The notes under the pieces: generated by a model
What the model was told of the DNA's origin: nothing
What the model saw: the letters and a program-made list of their open reading frames with translations, nothing else
The model's database searches: none
Program-made: the position numbers and the translations under genes
Part shown: piece after piece, positions 1-10,707 of the stretch
Numbering within the stretch: position 1 is the stretch's first letter
Layout of the letters: every line of letters starts with the position of its first letter
Assembly (NCBI GenBank): GCA_004764695.1
Contig: SMSO01000006.1
Span: forward strand, 1,441,859 to 1,505,858
Direction: 5' to 3'
Source: Schizochytrium sp. TIO01
Lineage: Eukaryota; Protista; Bigyra: Labyrinthulomycetes
DNA length: 64,000 nucleotides

Positions 1-820
1 CAGGTGCCTTTCGAGGCTGCGCAGAAAGCCCCTTCAATATTACCTGTGCCACTCTCTCTTGGACTGTTGCCGTCGCCGCCGCCGTTCGAGCTGCGGCGAC
101 TTTGCGGGTGGATATCCGTGAGAGCGGATGCCTCTGCGGCCCTGGCCCGCCTCCGCCAGCCGATCGCAGACGGTTTGCATGGACGCGCTCCCGATTGCGT
201 CCTTGATCCACGGAGCGAATCTGTTTCTACGCAGCGATGTCCAAATGAACCATTTTCAAATCATCACCTCCATTTGGAACGTTCCGTTCCTTTTTCCTGG
301 CGACGGCTGTTCTTTCCGAGTAGTAAAAGTAGAAAGGAAAGCACATATGCCGGATTGAGGCGTGTCATTGGAGGTCTCAGAGCCTGCGTGGAGCAGTGAG
401 GCTTGGCTGTGGCAAGCAAAGGGGGTCTGCGGATGTCCATTGCGTGGGCTTAACGCAGCTTTTCAAGGCCTGTCTTGAGCAGAGGCGGAAATCGTGGGGC
501 AGCTTTTTATGGAAAATCGTGCCATTCCGCTTCGAAAGAAGGAATCGTTATTTCTATTACTTTTTCTTTCTTTCTTTCTTTTCTTTTTCCAACGTTTTAA
601 TTTCTCATTTTCATTGTTTAAATTAAATTTTACAACAAATTTAAACGTTTTTTTTTTTTTAAAATAAAAAGTAAATTTAGTTTACAAATGTTTTGAAGAT
701 AAAAGACAGAAATGTACTCCATCCCTACTACCGCAGGTACAATCATAAATAAATTATTGAATGAATAAATAAATAAATGCTTATATATAGAGAAACATTC
801 AATCAATCAACCAACCAAAC

Positions 821-1017
821 TATTGAAGTAATATACAGCTACTGTCTAACCTAACCTAACCTAACCTAACCAAGCTCTCCTATCCACACATTAACCTGCC
901 TGTATGCAGACCTGAAACCCCGATAACTCATATATCATCCTCTTTCTCTTTCTCCTGAGTTCGTCATCCTTGTCAGACTACCTCTCCACGCTTCACAGCA
1001 CAGGCTACTCTGCAATA
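821..1017 (+). repeat. 5' LTR (TATTG...CAATA termini)
   Basis: Base-for-base match to 6082-6278; 5-bp terminal inverted repeat; contains (CTAAC)5 at 846-870. Confidence 0.97.
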
Positions 1018-1030
1018 GGTTATGGGCCCA
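1018..1030 (+). promoter_or_regulatory. Primer-binding site complementary to the anticodon arm of initiator tRNA-Met (half-tRNA priming)
   Basis: GGTTATGGGCCCA directly abuts the 5' LTR; its reverse complement TGGGCCCATAACC is the tRNAiMet anticodon arm, as used by Drosophila copia and Ty5-type elements. Confidence 0.9.
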
Positions 1031-1173
1031 AGATACGCCAGGAAGACTCGAGCGTAACAACTCGTTTCCTAGACATCTTGAAGATCAGACGAGCTCAACA
1101 TCAGAGATAGAGTAAACTTTTTCGAAATAAGACTTCCTACGGAAAACTATACTCAGCCCTCAAGCAAGTCAAC

Positions 1174-2032
1174 ATGATGACTCCTGGAGGCAGCAAGAAG
1201 AGCAATAAGCTCAAGAAGAAACAAGAAGCTGCGGACCAAGCGGCGAACATCAAGAAACAGAGTCCCGACTCTGATGAAGACATACGTGAAGAACTACGAA
1301 AGCTTAAAGAAAAGCTAGCAGTAGATTGAAGCTTGCACTGACCCTAAGAGACAACGTCTACTTGACAGTGCACTTTACGCCTTACTCAGAAATCAAGCTG
1401 GCACAGATTTTCACGAACGACTACAACAATATGGTAAATCTCACCGTGGCGGTGAAGGACGTGCTGCCTGGGCACAACTTCAAATCGCATTTAAGAAACA
1501 GCCTGGTGAAATCAACATCAACAAGGTTTCAGCACTCGTACAATGTTTTCAGCAATACCTTAACAATTCTTTTGAGAACATGTCAGAAGACGAAGTCATG
1601 ACATGGTTTCTGAAACTGCACAACACTCAGTTAGACGTGTTAGCTACTGGCATGACGTTACATGATTACATGTTTATCCTTAACCTTTTACCACGTATTC
1701 GTTACATGGGTCCACAAACAACTGCGATCTATGGCAAAGCAATTAAACTCAAAGAGTATAGTAAAGAATTGTTTCAAGAGTTACGAAACACGGAACGGGA
1801 AGTTGCACAACAATGCACACTTAAAGGCAAAAGTGGCTATTCTGCTGGGAACCCTGAACCCACACATCTACAAGCAAACTCCTTTCACCCTTCCGGAATA
1901 AGTTCAAGCGTCAAAAACGACCTACATCTCAAAACAACAATTCCGGGGGAGCACAACAACCCTTTCCTCAAAGGAATAAATGCTCACACTGTGGTTATTC
2001 AAATCATGCTGAGGCAAACTGCAAATTCTTGA
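1174..2032 (+). pseudogene. gag: gag region, broken into frames
   Basis: ATG 1174 frame (MMTPGGSKK...KLAVD) stops at 1327-1329. Gag-like text continues in another frame from 1325 (IEACTDPKRQ...GEGRAAWAQL...MSEDEV...). It then switches near 1890 to the pol frame, which carries two CX2CX4HX4C knuckles (CSHCGYSNHAEANC, CPICNQVGHRPSVC). Confidence 0.8.
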
Positions 2033-5000
2033 CAGCAATTTGTCCTATCTGTAACCAAGTTGGACACAGACCCTCTGTTTGTCCAAGTAGATCATCGCGA
2101 CAACAAAAGTCGAACAACAAGCGTCAGCGTCATAACTCAACATCACCGTACAAAGGTCTCGCGTTACACAACGCTCCTTTTGATCAAGGACCTTTTCATG
2201 CCAATTTCAGTGTCAACCTTCTGACAATCAATCATCTAAAATCAGAACCGAAGTCAGCAGAGACAACCTCAGAAGGATTCCTACTAGATTCTGGATGCAA
2301 TTTGCATGTCACACCAAATCTTGCATTACTTTCAAACTATGAGAACATTAATCCACTATCAATGGATGCAGCTCAAGGATCCTCAGTTCCGATTTTAGGA
2401 AAAGGTACCCTGGAGGCACGAGTAAGATCAACGTCGGGTAGAATTGTTCCTTTAACACTTACAGTCTACTACGCACCTTCTCTTGCTCACACATTACTGT
2501 CGACGTCTATTATGACTCAGCAAGGATTCTCATTTTTCTTCTCACAAGATAGCGATCGTATGACCACTCCACATGGAGAAGTGATTACACTCGGTCAGCA
2601 ATCTGACATCCCAATGCTTATCCCTGTAAAAGCACCCAAAGTTAACGCTCTGCAACTACGGAAAGCACAAAAACTCAGTTATAAAGGAATAGATTGGCTA
2701 GAAGCTCACCTTAAATTAGGTCACGCTTCAATTCCACGCATAGCATCCTCCATAGGAGTTTCTGCATCACAAATCGACTTCTTATGCATGGATTGTAAAG
2801 TTGCCAACTTTGAACGTATTCCAGTGACAAAAGGACCTCACACACCATATGCTAAGTCTCCTCGACAAGCTGTTACAGCTGATGTGATGGGACCATTCCA
2901 CGTTCTAGGCGTCCCCAACAAGTTCAAATATGCCATAGTCTACAGAGATCTTTACTCAGACTTTACATATGTTTATCCTATACAATCCACTGATCAAGTG
3001 TCCACGACCCTAAGTACTTTTGCTCAAGCATGGCTCCAAGGTAAAAACACCTCGCGCATCATAATTCGCACAGAAGGAGCTAAATATTTTACAGGCGGAG
3101 AATTTGCAAGATCACTTCACACCATGCGGTGGGAACATAAACTATCTGCACCACACTCTCATGCTACAAATCCTGCTGAAGGCATCAATCGAGTACTTAT
3201 GAATGGTCTTCGCTCCAATCTAAAAACTGCATTACTCGGAGCCAAATATTGGCCCTATGCTTTATCTCATGCTGTACATGTCAAGAATCGCACAGCCTCC
3301 AGTCGCAATCGGAAATCTCCGTACGAACGACATTTTGGCAAAGCACCAGACTACAGCTACTTCCACATTTTTGGAGCACCATGTGTGTTCAAGAAGTTTC
3401 CCATTCCGCAAAAGTTGGGAGATAGGGGTGACCTAGGCATTTTCCTTGGATATGCTGATAGTTACACTCATGGAACTGTACATGTCTTACCTAAAGACAA
3501 GTCCAACATCCTTCAAACGCGTGAAGTCAAGATTTTCGATCAAGCATTGACTGAACAAACTCGTCAGCGTGCAATGTCAATAGAAACCGCTCTGACACCT
3601 GATCTAATTACTCATTGGACACGTGAAGAATCAAATAAACTAATTGCTGGAGAAATGTATCAGGATCTACCTGCTTTATCCTCCGCAGCTAATAATACTA
3701 AATCTTTCCTCACTCCTAATACCCCAGAATATAATGATGACCGTGAATCCAATAGTGAACACGCTAGTCGTCTGGAGGGAAATCATAATGACCGTGAATC
3801 CAGTAGTGAACACGCTAGTCATCCGGAACCCAATCATAATGACCGTGAATCCAGTAGTGAACACGCTAGTCATCCGGAACCCAATCATAATGACCGTGAA
3901 TCCAGTAGTGAACACGCTAGTCATCCGGAACCAAATCATAATGACCGTGAATCCAATAGTGAACACGCTAGTCATCCGGAACCAAATCATAATGACCGTG
4001 AATCCAGTAGTGAACACGCCAGTCATCCGGAACTAAATCACAATGACCGTGAATCCAGTAGTGAACACGCTAGTCATCCGGAACTAAATCACAATGACCG
4101 TGAATCCAATAGTGAACACGTTAGTCATTCTGAGGTAAATAATGATGACCGTGAATCCAAAAGTGAACATGCTCGTGAAGACATGGAACTAGAACATAGT
4201 TCAGTCCATGCACACGATAGTCATCGGAGATCCAAAAGGACTCCCAAACCTCATGTACCACTAAATGTTGGTCCCAGTGCCAAAGGCGCTGCAAATAAAT
4301 ACCGATACTATACCAATCGTCTGAAACGAAAACGTAATATGACGAATACAGAGTTAGATTTCTCGGATATTAATTCTCTATCAAAAGAAGAGAACTTACA
4401 TGAACTAATCATTCCCACGATATATCCGAGGGAACAGGAATATTTTGCTTTTCTTATTAAAACCAACACAGATAATAAACAATTACCTAAACCGGTCCCA
4501 AAACCATGTCCATATGACGACATTGTAGTTCCAAACACTTATAAAGAAATGCGGAAACTGCCTCAGGCATATCAGCAACTATGGATCGCTGCGATGAATA
4601 CTGAACATCACAATCTGCAGTCCGCTGGTGTTCTGGAAACTGTACCCTTACACACTTTACCACAGGGACAGACTGTAATGGGAACTAGATGGGTCTTTAC
4701 AAAGAAGGCACCACCGGTCAATCTGTTAAAAGCACGGGTTGTAGTACAAGGCTACAATGAGGCCATTGAACATGTTTATGATATATACTCACCAACAGTT
4801 AATGTTGAAAGCATTCGTGTTGCAACAATTATTGCTTTAACGAGAGGCTATGATGCTATCACCGTTGACGTAACAGCCGCATTTCTAGAAGCACAAATTC
4901 CAGATGACGAATTCCTCTACATCAAAGGCATTGAAGGTCTTGACTTAGCAGAAGGTTATTGTTATCGTCTGCGTAAAAGTCTATATGGACTCAAAAGTGC

Positions 5001-6069
5001 CCCCCGTAGGTGGATGGATCATTTGACGGCTATATTAGAAAATTATGGCTTAACACGATCTATAACGGACGCATCACTCTTCATTGGCAAAGATCTTCTA
5101 ATGACTATCCATGTTGATGACATGAGAATCTTTGGCACACCCCAAGCACTAAAAGCGATTGTCAAAGAACTCGAACAAAATGTCGGCGTCAAAGTTAATC
5201 GTGAAAAACAATGCCATTATCTTAGTGATACACATGTCTATGACAAGTCACGAAAGATCTGTACCATCAGCCAACGCGAGTATTGTGAAAAAGCCCTTAG
5301 GCGATGTAATATGGAAAACTGCAATGGAGCTAAAACTCCATCCATCCTTAAAGAGTTAAGTGATCATCCTGACGACTCTGTGAATGAACACTATCGTCCA
5401 CTTGTTGGCACTCTAATGTATTTACTAAAAACTCGACCTGATATGGCATACACTTTACACCAACTTGCATGCCATGGTCAAAAGAATGGAGCGGAACATA
5501 TGCAAGCTCTTAAACATGCATTCCGTTATGTCAAGGCCACAAAGGACAAAGTTCTAACACTCAAAGGCGTGGATTCAGAGGCACAACTTGTTTTGAACGT
5601 CTATACAGATGCTTCTTTCAGCAAGGCACATGACAAACTTCGTCGTAGTGTTACAGGATATGTTGTTATGATAAATGATAGTGCTGTTGTATGGAAAACA
5701 ACCAAACAGTCTACAGTTGCAAGAAATACTCACGAAGCTGAACTAATTGCTGCAGTTGCAGGAGTTCTCAGAGCAGAATCCATTAGACAACTTTTAGCAG
5801 ACATGAACATTTACATCAATGAAATACAGGTATATATAGATTGTCAAGCATTAGTAAACACAATCAAAAAGGAAGAAGTTAATGGTACAAATGGTTATCT
5901 CGCAGTACAACTTGCAGTACTGATTCATCGAAGACAAAACCAATTACTCAAGGTACATCATGTTAAAGGCACAGAAAATATAGCTGATTTACTCACCAAA
6001 CCACTTGCAGCACCATCTCATTGGAAACACGCGAGTCGCTTACTTGATGCTTCAGGTGCTGACGCGTGA
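1858..6069 (+). CDS. pol: Copia polyprotein frame: zinc knuckles, aspartic protease, integrase, reverse transcriptase, RNase H
   Basis: Frame is open from 1858 (ORF track starts it at 2029). Motifs: FLLDSGCNLH (protease), HLKLGH...CMDC and TADVMGP (integrase), KARVVVQGY, LRKSLYGLK, IHVDD (RT), YTDASF, EAELIA, IDCQAL, NIADLLTK (RNase H). Confidence 0.95.
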   Translation, partial: THTSTSKLLSPFRNKFKRQKRPTSQNNNSGGAQQPFPQRNKCSHCGYSNHAEANCKFLTAICPICNQVGHRPSVCPSRSSRQQKSNNKRQRHNSTSPYKGLALHNAPFDQGPFHANFSVNLLTINHLKSEPKSAETTSEGFLLDSGCNLHVTPNLALLSNYENINPLSMDAAQGSSVPILGKGTLEARVRSTSGRIVPLTLTVYYAPSLAHTLLSTSIMTQQGFSFFFSQDSDRMTTPHGEVITLGQQSDIPMLIPVKAPKVNALQLRKAQKLSYKGIDWLEAHLKLGHASIPRIASSIGVSASQIDFLCMDCKVANFERIPVTKGPHTPYAKSPRQAVTADVMGPFHVLGVPNKFKYAIVYRDLYSDFTYVYPIQSTDQVSTTLSTFAQAWLQGKNTSRIIIRTEGAKYFTGGEFARSLHTMRWEHKLSAPHSHATNPAEGINRVLMNGLRSNLKTALLGAKYWPYALSHAVHVKNRTASSRNRKSPYERHFGKAPDYSYFHIFGAPCVFKKFPIPQKLGDRGDLGIFLGYADSYTHGTVHVLPKDKSNILQTREVKIFDQALTEQTRQRAMSIETALTPDLITHWTREESNKLIAGEMYQDLPALSSAANNTKSFLTPNTPEYNDDRESNSEHASRLEGNHNDRESSSEHASHPEPNHNDRESSSEHASHPEPNHNDRESSSEHASHPEPNHNDRESNSEHASHPEPNHNDRESSSEHASHPELNHNDRESSSEHASHPELNHNDRESNSEHVSHSEVNNDDRESKSEHAREDMELEHSSVHAHDSHRRSKRTPKPHVPLNVGPSAKGAANKYRYYTNRLKRKRNMTNTELDFSDINSLSKEENLHELIIPTIYPREQEYFAFLIKTNTDNKQLPKPVPKPCPYDDIVVPNTYKEMRKLPQAYQQLWIAAMNTEHHNLQSAGVLETVPLHTLPQGQTVMGTRWVFTKKAPPVNLLKARVVVQGYNEAIEHVYDIYSPTVNVESIRVATIIALTRGYDAITVDVTAAFLEAQIPDDEFLYIKGIEGLDLAEGYCYRLRKSLYGLKSAPRRWMDHLTAILENYGLTRSITDASLFIGKDLLMTIHVDDMRIFGTPQALKAIVKELEQNVGVKVNREKQCHYLSDTHVYDKSRKICTISQREYCEKALRRCNMENCNGAKTPSILKELSDHPDDSVNEHYRPLVGTLMYLLKTRPDMAYTLHQLACHGQKNGAEHMQALKHAFRYVKATKDKVLTLKGVDSEAQLVLNVYTDASFSKAHDKLRRSVTGYVVMINDSAVVWKTTKQSTVARNTHEAELIAAVAGVLRAESIRQLLADMNIYINEIQVYIDCQALVNTIKKEEVNGTNGYLAVQLAVLIHRRQNQLLKVHHVKGTENIADLLTKPLAAPSHWKHASRLLDASGADA
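3733..4176 (+). repeat. 51-bp in-frame tandem repeat, about 9 units (HNDRESSSEHASHPEPN) between integrase and RT
   Basis: GACCGTGAATCC recurs every 51 bp at 3739, 3790, 3841, 3892, 3943, 3994, 4045, 4096, 4147. Confidence 0.95.
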
Positions 6070-6074
6070 TTTGC

Positions 6075-6081
6075 GGGGGAG
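6075..6081 (+). promoter_or_regulatory. Polypurine tract
   Basis: GGGGGAG immediately 5' of the 3' LTR. Confidence 0.8.
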
Positions 6082-6278
6082 TATTGAAGTAATATACAGC
6101 TACTGTCTAACCTAACCTAACCTAACCTAACCAAGCTCTCCTATCCACACATTAACCTGCCTGTATGCAGACCTGAAACCCCGATAACTCATATATCATC
6201 CTCTTTCTCTTTCTCCTGAGTTCGTCATCCTTGTCAGACTACCTCTCCACGCTTCACAGCACAGGCTACTCTGCAATA
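6082..6278 (+). repeat. 3' LTR
   Basis: Identical to 821-1017 and followed by TSD CAAAC. Confidence 0.97.
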
Positions 6279-6338
6279 CAAACAAACAAACAAACAAACA
6301 AACAAACAAACAAACAAACAAACAAACAAACAAACAAA
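6279..6338. repeat. (CAAA)n microsatellite at the insertion site
   Basis: Direct reading; the left flank 800-820 is a CAAT/CAAC run of the same tract. Confidence 0.95.
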
Positions 6339-6726
6339 GAACTCTCCTGAATAGTCCCGGAATTCCGGGAAGATGGTTCGAGGAAAAGTCTTCGAGTCAG
6401 GCAAATTCCTGTCTCTCTCCCTCCCTCCACGGCGAAGTCATCGATCAGTCAGTCAGTCGTCAGTCAGTCTGTGATATCTATCTACGCAGCGGCCTCGAGA
6501 GAGCCTGAGTCCGCCGCAGTCTTCGCGTCATGGAGCTCCACTCGCAGTGTATCTGCGTGTCTCTGCGCGGCCTCAGAGCCCTCAAGACGCATCGCAGACC
6601 AGAGAGGAAAGGAGGGCCTTTCTTCCCGCGCCGCAAAGACTTTCTTTCTTAGCTGTTTAGTTAGTCGTTTACTTAGTTCGCTGTTTAGTTTGTTAGTTAG
6701 TTAGTTATCTCTGAGGCGCTTTACGC

Positions 6727-6727
<1 letters not shown>

Positions 6728-6796
<69 letters not shown>

Positions 6797-7756
6797 GTTT
6801 GATTGATTGTTTGATTGATTGATTGTTTGATTGTTTGATTGTGTGTCTGAGAGAAGAACTTTCATTTCAGGCTCTCTCCCGTTCTTTCTTTCTTTCTAGT
6901 TCTTTCTGAGTTCTTTCTCTCTTCGGGTTCAACTCGTTCTTCGCCTTTTGGCGCTTCTTTGGAGGCGCCACCACTTGCGCAGATAACAACATGGTTGAGC
7001 AACGGCAGGTACGTGCGACGCCTTTCTGTGCTTTGGACCATCTCGTTTGTGCGCTTTCACGAGTTTTGGTGAATTCAAGGCACTGAAGAAATTGGAGGAA
7101 TTCAAGGAATTCAAGACTTTATTGAGGAAATTGGAGCAATGAACAGACGATGAATTATAATTCGCGCTACGAATTCGTTTCTTGAGAGCGATGCGAAAGC
7201 CTTGACAGAAAGCCTTGAGAGATGGCTGCGAAGAAGAGAGCTGAGGTGGCGGTGAGCGAGCCTGAGCAGCGCATTTGGTGCATTTGGCGCATTTGGCGTT
7301 GACGGTTCGAGGATGTTTGAGAAGAAGTGTCTCTCGCGAATTGGTCGATCCTCCTCTTCGCAGCTAGCAGCTTGTCGCCTAGCACCTAGCTAGTCGCGTC
7401 TAGCACCTGCAATGAGTTCGAACTCATATCAAAATGACTGTCTCAGCCTTTTCAAGGAGGTCAAGAAAGAAAGAGATGAGCTTAAATCCAAAAGAAAAGC
7501 GAAGCAGAAAGAATTAGAAAGAATTAGAAAGAAAGAACTAAAGAGAAAGAAAGAATGACCTAGAAAGAAATAACTAGAAAGAAAGAAAGGAATAACTAAA
7601 GAGAAAGAAAGCCTTGTCTACCCATCTCTGACAGAGGTTGTGGCGCCAACAGACGCGGCTTAAAGACTTCATTTCGCTTCATTTCGCTTCATTTCGCTTC
7701 ATTTCGCTTCATTTCACCTCGATGCCCTAATTCTGCTGCTGCCAATTGCTCTGCGC

Positions 7757-7848
<92 letters not shown>

Positions 7849-8630
7849 TATAGTTCTTTCTTTCTTTATAGTTCTTTCTTTCTTTATAGTTCTTTCTATC
7901 TTTCTTTCTTTCTTTCTATCCTTCTGTCTGTTTGGCCCTTGAAACTCATGGACCCTGAGGATCTAATCTATAGACGGATAGATTGAATGATCGTCAATTC
8001 GAAGGGAGTTTGCAGTCAGTCCATGGTGGGACCCGCATCGCTGGAAACCCACGATGGAGATCTGCGAAGGCTTGCGCAGAATTGGTCGATTGCACTGCCG
8101 CGATCGATCGCTTTGGGACCGTGGACTCGGCGAGTGCCAGGAATATGCCATTGGCGGAGAATCGATTGATCATCCTCCATGGGCGCCATTTTATTTTCAT
8201 GTATTTATGAAGAATCAATCCATCCAAGATTGGCATCGCCGGTGCCGCTTTCTTCTTCTGTATAATGACGATGGTTTGGACATTTAGTCTCATTGGTGTT
8301 TGTGTGTTGATTGATTGATTGTACAATTGATTGTACAATTGATTGATTGTACAATTGATTGATTGATTGTACAATTGATTGATTGATTGGGTAACAGATA
8401 TTTATTTACGATTGTGTTGGGCTTCTGTTGCTTCAGGTTAAAGAAGATGATAGCATGAAAAGAAATGAACCCTCGGCTATCGTTTGATATGTGTGTGTTT
8501 AGTTCCAATGCTAATGACTAAATCTCTGCGCAGCTGAAAAGAATCTCTGACTCCTACTGACTGTTAACCGATGCCTACTGACTGAGTCGAGCCGAGAAAG
8601 AAAGAAAGAACTAGAAAGAAAGAAAGAACT

Positions 8631-8717
<87 letters not shown>

Positions 8718-8947
8718 AGGCCAAGCAGACAGGGTTCTCAAGTCTTTCCACGCGCCACAAAAGCGCTGTGAGAGCGCCTTCTTTGCGCTCTGAAAGCGCA
8801 GAGAAAGCGTCGCATGTCCTTCGAAAGGACTCCAAACGGAAGTCATGTCGTCATGTCTCCTCATTACGCGCAATTCGCCGTCATCGAAAGGCGACGGAGA
8901 GAGCGAAGTCTGATCTGCGGATATTTCTGTATTTCTTCTTTTCTTTT

Positions 8948-8984
<37 letters not shown>

Positions 8985-9046
8985 TGCGGCCTTTTCTTTT
9001 CTTTTCTTTTCTTTTCTTTTCTTTTCTTTTCTTTTTCTTTTCTTTT
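6728..9046. repeat. Microsatellite-dense non-coding block: (TTTC)n 6728-6795 and 7757-7915, (CTTCATTTCG)n 7667-7715, GATT/GTACAATT array 8308-8388, (AGAA)n 8597-8718, (CT)n and (TTTTC)n 8958-9046
   Basis: Direct reading; ORFs here are low-complexity artefacts. Confidence 0.9.
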
Positions 9047-10707
9047 CTGAGGACCCAGCCGGTGATAAGGGTAAAGGATAGGAGGGCGCTAGGAGTGGGG
9101 CGATCTGCGGAAATCGCAGAGAAATCGCAGAAAAATAGATAATCATCATTGAGCGAGGAAGAACCGACTGTTCTGAGAGGGGAGCAAAGCTTTTGAAAGG
9201 TGGAACAAGAAGAAGAAGAAAAGGGGAGAAGTCGATTCGCCACAGAGAGAGAGAGAGAGAAGTTGAATGAGCGACAGTCTCGCCTTCAAGGAGAAGAAGT
9301 AAGGCTCAGGACATGAAAAACAGCCTTCCTCTCTCTCTTCTTGTATCTTTCTTTATCCTGGAACCACCTCATAGGGTAACAACGAGAAGTACGTACCTCT
9401 GCTTTATTTTTGTTAAGGTCAGTCTTTTCTCTCTCTTAGATAGAGAGATAATATAGAGAGATAAGATGAGCGAATAGTTAGTTTTAAGGCAAAATGGTGT
9501 ATAGTGGTGTACTTTTTTAAAGAAGTAGATAGCCATGAGAGCACTCGCTTCTAAGGCTTACATGTGTTTGTTTTTGTTTTTGCTTTTATTCTTTGATCAT
9601 GATGGTCATGATTTTAACAAAGATAAATTCTACTGGTTTCTTTTTACAAGAATGGGATGAGAACCCCTTTAGCTTCTTCTTTGGTTTCGAGTTGTTTTTC
9701 GGGCTATAAAAATATTTTTATTTTTTATTATTCACTTTGAAATAGAAAATCTCTTTTTTGTTTTCTTTTAAAGTGTTTTTGGAGATGAAAAAAAGTACTT
9801 TGTAGAATTCTTCGATTCTATCATCAATAAAATCAATCAATCGATCAATCAGTCAGTCAGTCAGTCAATCAATCAATCGATCGATCAGTCTGGAGCTGCC
9901 ATCCTTGAGACTTCACTTACTGCCGCCTCACAGTCCCACGAGTAGAGATTGTGGTTGCGGAGTGATCCGCAATTGGAGCTGCGGAATCGGTCTTGGCGAC
10001 TGGCCTCTTTCTGACTGAGAGCGAGGAAAAGGAGCCGCGCTCGCCTAAGGTCGGTTCTTTCGTACTTTTCGTGGCTTTGTTGTTGCTGTTGTTGACTGTT
10101 GTTGCCTCTTCGACAGATTCGCCGCTTTCTTAAGGAAGGGGTATCAAGAACTGTCCTGTCGCGACGTGTTGACGGTGCTGCTTCCTGAGAAACTGCATTG
10201 ACCTTCCTTACGGATCGATCAGCTTGCCCTCCTCCACTTGCCTGTCTGCAAGAAGAGATTTCTACACACACATCACATATATATATCCACGTATATATAC
10301 AGATTGTTTAGATAATCTCGAATATATCCCCAAAACCTCGCTCCCTCGTTCCTGCACTCGCTTGCAAGCTAACAAGCAAACAAACAACTTAGATTGTACC
10401 TAAGCGCAGTTTTGGCCCAGCATCGCTCGCCCAAGCACCCGAACACCTTTATCGTTGCGATTCTTTGCGTTCAAATCTTCCTTGGTAACCGCAAGCTCAG
10501 TTTGCGATACTCCTAGACCTAGTTTGCTGTTGTTCGAGCATCTCTCCAAGCCGAGTTTGCCCCAGAATCAACACGCTGGTGCCTGGCTTGTTTGTCAATC
10601 CGCATCCATCCCTTAACCTTCACAGACTTCTGTTATCTACTCGCTGCATACTTTTATCGCGCTCTGAGACTGCCGACGGGCTAAGTAAAGTGAAGCGAAG
10701 CAACACA

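Larger units (their letters stand above)
821..6278 (+). mobile_element. Full-length Ty1/copia LTR retrotransposon, recently inserted
   Basis: Two identical 197-bp direct repeats (821-1017, 6082-6278); 5-bp TSD CAAAC at 816-820 and 6279-6283; PBS and PPT present; pol order protease-integrase-RT-RNase H is diagnostic of copia. Confidence 0.97.

Noticed and set aside
4-626. Short ORFs at the window start
   Set aside because: Non-ATG starts and no recognisable motifs; probably UTR or intron sequence.
824-1014. Alternative canonical TG...CA LTR boundaries three bases inside
   Set aside because: No TSD flanks those positions; TSDs at both loci flank the TA termini.
1880-1900. Programmed -1 gag-pol frameshift
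   Set aside because: No X XXY YYZ heptamer, the shift lies upstream of the gag zinc knuckles, and copia elements usually encode gag-pol in one frame; an indel is more likely.
3644-4036. ORFs 3644-4036 (+) and 3676-4026 (-) with repeated peptides; CRISPR-like periodicity
   Set aside because: Alternative-frame shadows of the 51-bp coding repeat; units are contiguous with no unique spacers and the context is eukaryotic.
8511-9243. ORFs of 120-212 aa with KRKE/SFFL runs
   Set aside because: Translations of microsatellites.
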